Source: Hyalangium minutum
GTDB taxonomy: Bacteria > Myxococcota > Myxococcia > Myxococcales > Myxococcaceae
NCBI RefSeq assembly: GCF_000737315.1
Contig: NZ_JMCB01000019.1
Location: 62,001-126,000 of the forward strand
Direction of reading: 5' to 3'
Length of the DNA: 64,000 nucleotides
Both the position numbers and the translations under genes were made by a program. This document shows positions 8,763 through 17,715 of this stretch, one piece after another. A model generated the notes under the pieces. It was not told the origin of the DNA. It ran no database searches and saw only the letters and a list, made by a program, of their open reading frames with translations. Position 1 is the first letter of the stretch. Every line of letters starts with the position of its first letter.

Positions 8763-10835
8763 TCAGTACACGGTGAACTCGCGCGAGTACCCCGTGTACG
8801 GGCGGATGAGCCCGTCCCAGCCGGACTTCCAGTCTCCGTCGTGACGGATGCGGTAGGTGCCCGGCACCGTCGAGGAGGGGATCTTCCACTCGATGGTCAC
8901 GTGGGAGCAGGCCATCGTCGGGACACAATTGTTGCGATCCCAAAGATATTTCGTCTCCCAGTCCCAGTCGTAGGCAACGGTGATCCAGGACGTACCGGAC
9001 TTGCGCTGGACCTGAAGGAAGGAGCCCTGGCGGCGCAGGTTGTTCTTCGGGTGGCCGCCCCAGAACTTCACGGACACGGTCTGCCCGCGGTTGTACGAGG
9101 CGTTCGCGTTGGTGACGACGCTGCCGAAATCCACCCAGAGCAGCTTGTCGTCGAACACCACGCCGGTCTGCAGCGTGGTCTGGTCGTTGCGCAAGTCCCG
9201 AGGCGTGGGGCCCGCGGCCACGGAGGTGCCGTTGCGCAGGGCCACGGCCAGCTTCTCGGTCTCCTGCTGCACGGCGCCCAGCGTCCAGGGCCCAAAGTGG
9301 GTGGAGGCACCTTCGTAGTCCTGCTTGGTGTACTCCTCGCGCGTGGCGAGGTAGCCCGCGTAGGCGTTGGAGAGGCCGGCGATGACGACCTGATCCACGC
9401 CGATGGGCGCGAGCTGGTTGAGCACGGCCTGGCGCAGCCGGCGGCCGGTCATGGTGGTGGCCTCGAAGGGCACGGCCACCAGCGCGAGGTTGCCCAGCGT
9501 CACCACCTGCAGCGGGAGTACCTCGGGCGTCCACGGGTAGGGCGTCTGCGTTCCCATCTCGAGGACGACGGGCTTCTCGCCCTGGCAGGACGTGGTGGTC
9601 ACCGCGCAGCCGAACGCGCTCCAGATATCGTGGACGTCCGCGCAGGTGGCGCCCTCGCTGCCGAAGCCGGGGCCGTCCTCGGCGCCCGCGAGCATGGAGA
9701 GACCGATGGCCGCCTCGCACGTGGTGCGCGCCGTGCCACCGCCGTACTGCGGTGCCACTTGGACTTCGTCCATCTTCACGTGCGTGTGCCGGTAGTCCAC
9801 GGCGCCCGTGAGCAGCTGGGTGGCCCCATCGTAGAGGGACCTGGCCAGGGTGTACTGCTTGGAGCCGGAGAGTTCGGTGCTCTCGATGTCATTGGCGCCG
9901 CCGCCGTTGGTGCCGCCGTAGATGTTGGGGGTGACGTCGCCCTCGTTGCTCTGGGCGAAGGCGGCCACGAACGTCTTGGTGGCCAGAGGGTTGGAGCCCT
10001 TGGCCTTCTCGAAGAGGTAGGAGGCGTAGCCCTTGTTGTCGCCGCTGATGAGCCGGTTGTCGTTGCCCATCGAGGTGCCGTGAACGGCGAACCAGTTGAG
10101 GGCACCCACCTCCGTGCCATCCGAGCCCTGGAGCCGCAGCAGGGTCATCTTCTTGTCCGTGTCGTAGGCGTACTGGCTGCGCTCGGTGGCGGGGTTGTAG
10201 AGGTACGCCTCGGGCGAGCGGTTGGTGCTGGTGTTGAGCAGGTCCCCGGAGGCGATGCGGATGGAGCCCGAGGCCAGATTGCTGTGCGCCCGGACGATGG
10301 CCTGGACGATGCCGTCCACGATGGCCTCGAAGTTCTGCTGGTCGTAACCGAGGATCGTCAGGTTGTAGAGCGCGTAGTGCGAGAAGCCGCCCGGTCCGCT
10401 GTGGGTGTGCGTGGCGCTCAGCAGCACGTTCGCGTCCGAGTAGAGGGAGCCGTAGCGCGCCTGCAGCCGCTCCACCACCTGCTGCTTCACGCCCTGGAAG
10501 ATCTGCCCCAGATCCGCGCTGACGAAGGCCACGCGCTTGCCGTTGCACGGCGAGGCGATGACGAAGGCCCGGGCACGCAGGCGCTGGTGGATGCCGGCCG
10601 TCTTCTGGTCGAGCATCGCGTAGCCCATCATCCCCAGCTCAGCCGCCGGGCCGGTGACGTCGTAGATGCCCGAGCCCACCTGGAACGAGGTGTTACCCGC
10701 GCACGGGCCCGAGAGCGCCGCGCCCTCGTGCGTGGCGACGGGCCCTTCATCGGCGGACTCAGGTTCCAAGGGGGAACAAGCGCTCAGCACCAGAACCAGC
10801 ACTCCGAGGAGCAAGGAACGAGACGGCCTCAACAT
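8763..10835 (-). CDS. Neutral/alkaline ceramidase, predicted lipoprotein
   Basis: GIYDVTGPAAE.GMMGYA, ATHTHSGPGG, WFAVHGTSM, GDNKGYA, AEDGPG, YEGASTHFGP. Lipobox VLVLSAC after the ATG at 10835 (the ORF track starts at 10997). Confidence 0.92.
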   Translation of the reverse strand: MLRPSRSLLLGVLVLVLSACSPLEPESADEGPVATHEGAALSGPCAGNTSFQVGSGIYDVTGPAAELGMMGYAMLDQKTAGIHQRLRARAFVIASPCNGKRVAFVSADLGQIFQGVKQQVVERLQARYGSLYSDANVLLSATHTHSGPGGFSHYALYNLTILGYDQQNFEAIVDGIVQAIVRAHSNLASGSIRIASGDLLNTSTNRSPEAYLYNPATERSQYAYDTDKKMTLLRLQGSDGTEVGALNWFAVHGTSMGNDNRLISGDNKGYASYLFEKAKGSNPLATKTFVAAFAQSNEGDVTPNIYGGTNGGGANDIESTELSGSKQYTLARSLYDGATQLLTGAVDYRHTHVKMDEVQVAPQYGGGTARTTCEAAIGLSMLAGAEDGPGFGSEGATCADVHDIWSAFGCAVTTTSCQGEKPVVLEMGTQTPYPWTPEVLPLQVVTLGNLALVAVPFEATTMTGRRLRQAVLNQLAPIGVDQVVIAGLSNAYAGYLATREEYTKQDYEGASTHFGPWTLGAVQQETEKLAVALRNGTSVAAGPTPRDLRNDQTTLQTGVVFDDKLLWVDFGSVVTNANASYNRGQTVSVKFWGGHPKNNLRRQGSFLQVQRKSGTSWITVAYDWDWETKYLWDRNNCVPTMACSHVTIEWKIPSSTVPGTYRIRHDGDWKSGWDGLIRPYTGYSREFTVY

Positions 10836-11156
10836 CGTTGAACCCCCGCCGCGAACCCGCGGCCATGAAGCGTTTCCAGCCCGGAGCTCTCCCGAGGTCC
10901 GGACCCGTGATTGTCGGCCAAGACTCTCGGAAGTTGCCCACGCTGGCACGGTTTCCTGGGAAAACACCGTTAACTCCAGAGCGGAAAGCACGGGCACACA
11001 GTCCTGGAAGCACAGGTCGCGGGCCCCTCGTCTCGGCGCGGGTCCCCCCGTCAGCGGACGGGTCCTCCCGCGCCGGCCGTCCCGCTCTCCCTTGGCTCAC
11101 GTACCGTCTCTGTTGAACCGATTCGAGAGCGCTTCTCTTCGGTAGGATGGTCTCGG

Positions 11157-12725
11157 ATGCCGCACCCTCGCCCCGTGCCCCCCGTCCTCGACGAGGAGGC
11201 GCTCGTTCATCAGTTCCCAGGACTCGACAGGCTCGCGCTCGGTGCCTTCTATACACCTGCGCCCCTCGTGGAACGCACGTTGGAGCTCGCACTCGCACAG
11301 GTGCGCCAGGCTCCGTTGACCGTCGTAGACCCGGCCTGCGGCGCGGGCGCCTTCCTCACCGCCGCATCCCGCATGAGGCCCCGCGCCCAACTCTGCGGCC
11401 TGGAGCTGTTGCCCGAAGTGGCCCGCCTCTGCCAAGCCCGCGTTCCCACCGCGGAGATCCATGTCGGTGATGCACTGCGTGGGGGACTGGTACCCCTACT
11501 CAAGAACATCCCTCCTCCCCACCTCGAGCTCTGGGTCGGAAACCCGCCCTACAACGGCACCTCCGCCCTCCTGAAGGACCGCGCCGCCTGGTCCCACCTC
11601 CGCGCCCTCATGCCGCTCGCACTGCCTCCCGGGACGAGCCTGCGCGATGACTTCGCCTTCTTCCTCCTAGTCGCGGCGCATCGGCTCTCTACCCGTCCCG
11701 GAGTGCTCGCCTTCATCACCCCCTCCAGCCTCCTCGACGCCTTCCTCTACGCGCCGCTCCGGCAAGCCCTGCTGGGCACGCTGAAGCTCCGCTCGGTGGT
11801 AGACCTGGGCTCCGGTGCCTTCAGCGGGACCCAGGTGCGCACCTGCATCACCGTCTGGTCTTCCCTGCCCGGCCCCACCGAGCCTGTCTCCTTCGAGAGG
11901 GACGGCCAGCGCTCCACCTTCACCCCGTTGCCGCCCGAGTGGCGGCTCGCCCCCACGCCCACCGAAGCCGCGGCGCTCGACTCCCGCTGGCAAGCCGCAG
12001 GAGAGCCCCTCACGACGCTCGTCCCCATCAGCTTCCCCGGCGTGAAGACCCGCTTCGATGAGCTGCTCGTGGACGACGACCCGAAGCGCCTCCTCGAACG
12101 CCTGCGCCACTTCGCCCGGACTCCTGCGAGCCGGCTGCCCGCCTTCGCCCGAGCCCACGGCATTCCCTCCGCGCTCCTGCCCAAGCTCCGGGCTCTCAAG
12201 GATGGCCCCGCCCTCCGCGTGGACGCCGCGAACGTGCGCCCTTTCTTCCGCTACGCCGGCGCACGCCACCGAGGCGCCCTGCCCCCCGAGGCCCGCGCCT
12301 CCTGCTACCTCGACCGCCGGCTCATCCCTCGCGGCGATCACCGCCTGCGAGGCCCCTATGATCCGCACCTCGGCGCCGTGAAGCTCCTCTTCAACGTGCG
12401 GGAGCTGCCGCTCTCGGCCGCGCTCCTCGAAGAGGAAGGCTGTGTCCACGACCACCGCCATGCCCGCTTTGCGCCGCTCTTCGTGCCCCAACGGGTCCGC
12501 GATGAAGGGCTCTCCGTCACCCGCACCGCCCACACCGTGGAGGAGCTGGGACCCCTCGTTCCCAACCTCTCCCCCCGAGGGCTCGCCTGGGCCGCGCGCA
12601 TCGGAGGACCGCGCCAGGTCTTCCGCGAGCTCGTGCGCTTCCTCAACGGCCCCGATGTGCAGGAGCGCTGGGCCCCTGTCTTCGGCGCCTCCCGTGTCGT
12701 CCCCGTCCCACTGCCCTCGGACTGA
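11157..12725 (+). CDS. N6-adenine DNA methyltransferase (orphan)
   Basis: FYTP, motif I DPACGAGAFL, motif IV GNPPY, FITPSSLL. No nuclease or helicase motifs seen. Confidence 0.85.
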   Translation: MPHPRPVPPVLDEEALVHQFPGLDRLALGAFYTPAPLVERTLELALAQVRQAPLTVVDPACGAGAFLTAASRMRPRAQLCGLELLPEVARLCQARVPTAEIHVGDALRGGLVPLLKNIPPPHLELWVGNPPYNGTSALLKDRAAWSHLRALMPLALPPGTSLRDDFAFFLLVAAHRLSTRPGVLAFITPSSLLDAFLYAPLRQALLGTLKLRSVVDLGSGAFSGTQVRTCITVWSSLPGPTEPVSFERDGQRSTFTPLPPEWRLAPTPTEAAALDSRWQAAGEPLTTLVPISFPGVKTRFDELLVDDDPKRLLERLRHFARTPASRLPAFARAHGIPSALLPKLRALKDGPALRVDAANVRPFFRYAGARHRGALPPEARASCYLDRRLIPRGDHRLRGPYDPHLGAVKLLFNVRELPLSAALLEEEGCVHDHRHARFAPLFVPQRVRDEGLSVTRTAHTVEELGPLVPNLSPRGLAWAARIGGPRQVFRELVRFLNGPDVQERWAPVFGASRVVPVPLPSD

Positions 12726-12833
12726 GCACCTGTTGAGACCCGAGCAAGAGCCCACATCCAGTCGAGCATGGACACGTGTCCGTGGTTAGTGTGCGGCCGC
12801 TTCGCCACATTCATTCCAGGAGGAGACACCCTC

Positions 12834-13409
12834 ATGAAGACCCATGCCCTGCTGACCGCCGCCACCCTCGCCTTCGCCGCCCCCGCGCTCGCCCAGAGCC
12901 CCAAGGCCGCTCCGCCGGCCACGGCCAAGAAGGAGGAGAAGGCGGCCACGCCCCAGGATGTGAAGCCCTCGGAGACGGCCAAGGCCCCCCTCAAGGACGC
13001 CAAGGGTCAGACGGTGGGCGACGTCACGTTCGAGCAGTACCCGCACGGCCTGCTCATCAAGGGCAGCCTCTCCAACATCCCCGCGGGCGTGCACGCCATC
13101 CACATCCACGAGGTGGGCCTGTGCGAGGGCCCCGAGTTCAAGACCGCCGGCGGCCACTTCAACCCTCAAAAGAAGGCCCACGGCCTGATGGCCCCGGGCG
13201 GCAAGCACGAGGGAGATCTGCCCAACCTCACTGTGGGCCAGGACGGCAAGGTGCAGTTCGAGTTCTTCGGCGGCCCGAACCTCACCGTGAGGGCCCTGCA
13301 GGACACGGATGGCTCGGCGGTCGTGGTGCACGCCAAGGCCGATGACTACAAGACGGATCCCACCGGTGAGGCGGGCGGCCGCATCGCCTGCGGCGTCGTG
13401 TCCAAGTAG
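12834..13409 (+). CDS. sodC: Cu/Zn superoxide dismutase, exported
   Basis: AGGAG plus ATG at 12834 and a signal peptide. HAIHIH, GGHFNP, HG, HEGDLPNL, VVHAKADD and RIACGVV: full set of metal ligands. Confidence 0.93.
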   Translation: MKTHALLTAATLAFAAPALAQSPKAAPPATAKKEEKAATPQDVKPSETAKAPLKDAKGQTVGDVTFEQYPHGLLIKGSLSNIPAGVHAIHIHEVGLCEGPEFKTAGGHFNPQKKAHGLMAPGGKHEGDLPNLTVGQDGKVQFEFFGGPNLTVRALQDTDGSAVVVHAKADDYKTDPTGEAGGRIACGVVSK

Positions 13410-13445
13410 CTGCCCCGGCTCACTGCTCCTGAGCGGACTTGGGAC

Positions 13446-13478
13446 CGGTGAAGGGAGGCGCTCGCTTTCCCTTCGCCG
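13446..13478. terminator. Hairpin between convergent genes, possible bidirectional terminator
   Basis: CGGTGAAGGGA / TCCCTTCGCCG stem with one G-T pair. Confidence 0.5.
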
Positions 13479-13496
13479 AGCACTCGATCAGCTTGC

Positions 13497-15785
13497 TCAG
13501 ACGTAGCCGAACCGGCGGCGGCAGAACCACTCGGCGCCCAGCAGCGCCACCAGCACCACCAGGTAGTACCACCGGTCCCACAGCGGCTGGTCCTTCGCGC
13601 GGCCCACCTCCACCACCGGAGGATCCAACAGCGGCACCTCGGGCAGCGCGCTCTGCTCCTGCAGCCGGTACGCCTTACCACCCGTCACCTTGGCGATCTG
13701 CGCCATCAGCTCCGGCCGCACCGACGCATCCGACAGCTCGGGCCCCACCGCGCGCACTGCCACCGCGTCCTCGCCCTGGCCCAAGTCAGTCTCGCCCCGC
13801 TTCGCCGAGCCCAGCAGCTTGTACGGCCCCGGCGCCGGAGGCGGAAACTCCAGCCGCACCACCCCATCCGGCCCCGTCGTCCCCGTCTGCACCGCCACCG
13901 GCTTCTGCGTGGCCACCGAGAACAGCTCCACCCGCACCTGCGCGTCCTGCGCCGCCTGGTAGTCCGCCGTCCGCGCCGACACCACCACCCCCACCGGCTT
14001 GCCCGGCTCCACCGAGGGCGGATCCGCCGTCACCTTCAGCGTCGTCAGGTCCGGATCCCTCACCAGCCAGCGCAGCGCGTTGCTCCAGAAGCGGTCATAC
14101 GTGCGGTTCGGCGAGCCCTCCTTGTGAGAGGTGAACGCCCAGTACCAGCTCGCGTCCGTGGCCAGTGTCAGCGCCCGGCCCCGCCCGTAGTCCCACACCG
14201 CCACCAGCGGCGCGTTCTTCCCGTCCACCAGGTGGAACGGGTGGTCCACCAGCACCGTGGCCCCCGGCCGCGCCCGCGTCGAGTTGATGCCCGGAATCGA
14301 CGGCAGCTCCGCCCACGCGCTCTCCGTGCTCGACACGCCCGTGCCCAGCGCCGTCACCGGGTGCCGCGCGCCCTCGGGCGTCAGCCGGGCCTTGAAGGGC
14401 TCCACGTTCGCCGGGCCCGCCGCCTCCACCGGCAGCGCCTGCATCAGCGTGGGCATCACCGCGCGGCCCTCGCCCAGCACGCTGTCGCCACCGATCATCA
14501 CCAGCGCGCCACCCTTGAAGACGTACTGCTCCAGGTTGCGCTCATACTCGGCGATGGAGAGCTGCGGATCCGCGTAACCAAAGTTCTGGAAGATGACGAC
14601 GTCGAACGTGTGCAGCTTCGTGTCGAAGATCTCCTCCATGGGGAACGGAATGAGCGACAGCTCGCGCTCCTGGCTCACCACGCCCGGATCGTCCGACATC
14701 GTCCGCAGGATGTAGAAGGACACCAGGTCCACGTTCGCGTCCTGGCGCAGCAGGCCGCGCAGGAAGCGCTCGTCCCACGAGGGCCGCCCCACCACCAGCA
14801 GCACGCGCACGCGGTCCCGAATCACCTTCAGCGTGAACGAGCGCGAGTTGTTGTCGCTCACCGCCTCGTCCGGGAAGGTGGGCACCGTCACGGTGTAGAC
14901 GAAACGTCCCGTCTGGTCCGGCGTGAACGTGAAGGCCACCGGCTGCACGTCATCCGGCGAGCCCATGCGCACCGTCTTGCTCGCCACCGTCTTGCCTTCC
15001 TGGCTGAGCACCACGGGAATGTCCTTGCCGGAGAACCCTCGGCCGTGGATCTCCACCTCCACCGTGAGCGAGTTGCGCACGAAGGCGAAGTCATCGACCT
15101 TCAGGCCCTCCACCGCGAGGTCCTTGAGCGCTTCCTTGCCCACCAGGAACGTGGACACCGGCACGTTCATGTCGGCCAGCGCCGCGCGCGCCTTGCCCAC
15201 CGCCCCACCCGCCAGCTCCGCGTTGTCCGCGCCATCGCTGAAGAGCAACACGCCGGACAGCTTCCGAGAGCCCTGTGAGCCCGCACTCACGCTCCGCAGC
15301 GCCGCGAGGATGTCCGTGGTGCCCGACCGGGGCGGCTCGTTCTGCAGCGTGGCCGTCGTCACCGGCCCCAGCTCCGGATCGAACCCGTACATCTCCACCG
15401 TGAAGCGGTCCTGCAGCGCCGCCAGCGCGGGCGCGGACTTCTCCAGGAACTCGCCCACCTGCGCCGAGCGCGTGGGCCCGCCCGGCTCGCCCGGAAAGCT
15501 CATGGAGGCCGAGCGGTCCACCAGCACCGCCACCCGGTTCTTCATCCGAGCCACCTGCAGGTGGCGGATGCCCGGCTCCAGCAGGAAGAAGAGCGCGGCC
15601 ACACCGGCCGCCACCCTCAACACCCAGAGCACCACCTTGCGCCCGCGCGAGGGCTCGCGGCGCACGCCCCATGCCGCCAGGCCGATGCCCAGCACCAACC
15701 CCACCCCCAACAACACGAGCGCCCACACCGGCAAGGGCGAGAGGGTGACCAGCTTCCAGGCATTGAAGGGCTGAGAGTTCATCAA
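13497..15785 (-). CDS. Membrane protein with vWA-like and class I glutamine-amidotransferase-like domains
   Basis: N-terminal TMs, LVDRSASM and LFSDG (MIDAS-like), DVVIFQN..GGALVMIGG, YGRGRALTL, C-terminal TM. Next to DUF4159. Confidence 0.75.
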   Translation of the reverse strand: MMNSQPFNAWKLVTLSPLPVWALVLLGVGLVLGIGLAAWGVRREPSRGRKVVLWVLRVAAGVAALFFLLEPGIRHLQVARMKNRVAVLVDRSASMSFPGEPGGPTRSAQVGEFLEKSAPALAALQDRFTVEMYGFDPELGPVTTATLQNEPPRSGTTDILAALRSVSAGSQGSRKLSGVLLFSDGADNAELAGGAVGKARAALADMNVPVSTFLVGKEALKDLAVEGLKVDDFAFVRNSLTVEVEIHGRGFSGKDIPVVLSQEGKTVASKTVRMGSPDDVQPVAFTFTPDQTGRFVYTVTVPTFPDEAVSDNNSRSFTLKVIRDRVRVLLVVGRPSWDERFLRGLLRQDANVDLVSFYILRTMSDDPGVVSQERELSLIPFPMEEIFDTKLHTFDVVIFQNFGYADPQLSIAEYERNLEQYVFKGGALVMIGGDSVLGEGRAVMPTLMQALPVEAAGPANVEPFKARLTPEGARHPVTALGTGVSSTESAWAELPSIPGINSTRARPGATVLVDHPFHLVDGKNAPLVAVWDYGRGRALTLATDASWYWAFTSHKEGSPNRTYDRFWSNALRWLVRDPDLTTLKVTADPPSVEPGKPVGVVVSARTADYQAAQDAQVRVELFSVATQKPVAVQTGTTGPDGVVRLEFPPPAPGPYKLLGSAKRGETDLGQGEDAVAVRAVGPELSDASVRPELMAQIAKVTGGKAYRLQEQSALPEVPLLDPPVVEVGRAKDQPLWDRWYYLVVLVALLGAEWFCRRRFGYV

Positions 15786-15815
15786 TCGCGCTCGGCGGAG
15801 GGAAAGGCCCCGCGG

Positions 15816-16574
15816 TCAGCGCCGCTTTTCGAGGATGATGGGCAAGTGGACGGCGTCGTCCTTGTAATCCAGGCAGAGCGCATACATCAGCAGATTGATG
15901 CCCATCCGGATGGCCAGCTCGCGCTGAGGCTCGCCGCCCGGGGAGACGTCAAACTCGAAGTCCCCGGCCTCCGTGCGGCTCCACGCCCCGGCCAGGTCGT
16001 TCTGCGAGTACATCACCGCAGCGCGCTTACCCAGCGTACAGGCCTCCATCTGCGGCTTGTTCAAGAGCCGCCCCGGCGCCGCGTCCAGCAGGAAGAAGGA
16101 CTTGTAGATGACGTGCGTAGAGGGCACCGCCGTCAGCTTGCTCTGCGGCAACACCCGGGCGATCTCCCGGCGGAAGCTGGCGTCAAAGCCACTCCCGTCG
16201 CTGCCGTCATTGGCGTCCGCCAGCAGGAAGCCGCCGAAGGTGAGGTAGCGCCGGAGGTTCTCCACCTCCGCGTCCCTGAGCGCCGGGAAGTCCCCCTCGC
16301 CGCCGAAGTAGAGGAACGGGTACTCGAAGATCTCCGCGCTGTCGAGCAGGCACGGGCGGGCCTCGGGCAGTACCTCCACGGAGGTACGGCGCTGCAGCTC
16401 CCAGGCAATGCGGCGCAGGCCGTTGAGGCGCGCATCCCACCGGCCCCCGTGCTTGACGATGGCGGGGATGAGGCGGCTCTTCTCGCCGAACGCGGCGGCC
16501 TGCTGCGACAGCAGGGGGGCCAGCGCGGCGGTGCCGAGCAGGAGGTTTCGACGGGTGAGGCGCCGGGCACTCAT
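15816..16574 (-). CDS. DUF4159 domain protein with twin-arginine leader
   Basis: TRRNLL Tat motif, YPFLYFGG, LRRYLTFGGFLLAD, SQNDLAGAW, AIRMGINLLMYAL. Confidence 0.85.
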   Translation of the reverse strand: MSARRLTRRNLLLGTAALAPLLSQQAAAFGEKSRLIPAIVKHGGRWDARLNGLRRIAWELQRRTSVEVLPEARPCLLDSAEIFEYPFLYFGGEGDFPALRDAEVENLRRYLTFGGFLLADANDGSDGSGFDASFRREIARVLPQSKLTAVPSTHVIYKSFFLLDAAPGRLLNKPQMEACTLGKRAAVMYSQNDLAGAWSRTEAGDFEFDVSPGGEPQRELAIRMGINLLMYALCLDYKDDAVHLPIILEKRR

Positions 16575-16630
16575 ATAGCGGGCTGTATATACCGTCGACG
16601 CGTCCTTGCATTCCCCGGTATAGAGCCCCC

Positions 16631-16891
16631 ATGGCGAAAGGCGGACAAACGCCCCAGGACCCGGCCTCCCCGGAGATGCGCGCCGCCTGGCAGCGCATGG
16701 AGGAAGGCGATGTCGCGGGCGCGCGCCGGGAGGCCCGCCGCATCCTGGGCTCCAACCCCTCGCCCGAGGACCGTTCCCAGGCCGAGGAGCTGCTCCGGCG
16801 CACCCAGACGCCCCCCGCCGTCTATGGCTTCGCCGCGCTCGTGCTCCTCATCCTCGTGCTGCTCGTCGCGTTGGCGCTCTCTCGGTATTAA
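16631..16891 (+). CDS. Small membrane protein
   Basis: 86 aa with a C-terminal TM helix. First of a co-directional run. Confidence 0.65.
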   Translation: MAKGGQTPQDPASPEMRAAWQRMEEGDVAGARREARRILGSNPSPEDRSQAEELLRRTQTPPAVYGFAALVLLILVLLVALALSRY

Positions 16892-16900
16892 GGTGATGCA

Positions 16901-17614
16901 GTGGAAGCTTTCATCCAGGCGCTCAAGGCCTACCAGGACTTCAACCCCTCCGGCTGGGTCGGCATCTACCGGCTCCTCCCCATGTGGGGCGGAATCGTGC
17001 TCTGTGCGCTCGGCCTCATCATGCTGCTGGTGGGAGGCGGCCGCGCCTTCCGGCTGGTGGCCGGCCCCGTGGGTGCCCTCATCGGACTGACGTTCGTCCC
17101 CCTCGTCGCGACCAAGTTCGGCATCAACTTGTCGGACTACGACGCACGCCTGCCCTCCGCTGTGGCGGCCGTGCTGGCCGTCGTGGGCTTCCTCGCCCCG
17201 CCGGCCATCTCCTTCCTGGGCATCGGCCTGCCGCTGGGGGTGCTCGCCGGGACGCTCGCCGGGCCCCAGGACTTCCTGCTGGGCTTCATCCCCACCCTGC
17301 TCATCGGCGGGCTGGTGGCCGCCATCCTCCACCGGGTGGTGAGCTCCATCGTCTCGTCCACGGTGGGAGCCTGGCTCTTCGTCATTGGGGCCCTGGCGGC
17401 CCTGCACCAGTTCGGCGGGCTCGTCGCGGCGGTGGCCAACCAGCCTTGGGGCGTCATCATCGCCGCAGGCCTGTTTGCCCTGGCTGGCAGCGTCTACCAG
17501 ATCGCCGTGCGCCCCTCGCCCGAGGAGATGGACCGGATCCGGGCCGAGAAGGAGCGGCTGAAGCTGCGCAAGGCCGAGCAACGGGCGCTCGAAAAGCGTT
17601 GGGGCGTCAAGTAG
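16901..17614 (+). CDS. Polytopic membrane protein, hypothetical
   Basis: About 7 Gly-rich hydrophobic segments and a charged C-terminal tail. GC-rich third codon positions. Confidence 0.75.
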   Translation: MEAFIQALKAYQDFNPSGWVGIYRLLPMWGGIVLCALGLIMLLVGGGRAFRLVAGPVGALIGLTFVPLVATKFGINLSDYDARLPSAVAAVLAVVGFLAPPAISFLGIGLPLGVLAGTLAGPQDFLLGFIPTLLIGGLVAAILHRVVSSIVSSTVGAWLFVIGALAALHQFGGLVAAVANQPWGVIIAAGLFALAGSVYQIAVRPSPEEMDRIRAEKERLKLRKAEQRALEKRWGVK

Positions 17615-17715
17615 CCGGGAGGACACCCCTGCAAGCCCTGGCTGGCACGCTTTACCTGCCACGGCGCGGCGCGTAAAGTCCGCGCCCTTTCCCACCTCCA
17701 GGGATTACCGCAACG

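Noticed and set aside
10944-10960. TGGCACG as a sigma54 promoter (also at 17643)
   Set aside because: The -24 element is good but there is no GC at the -12 position with 10-nt spacing in either case.
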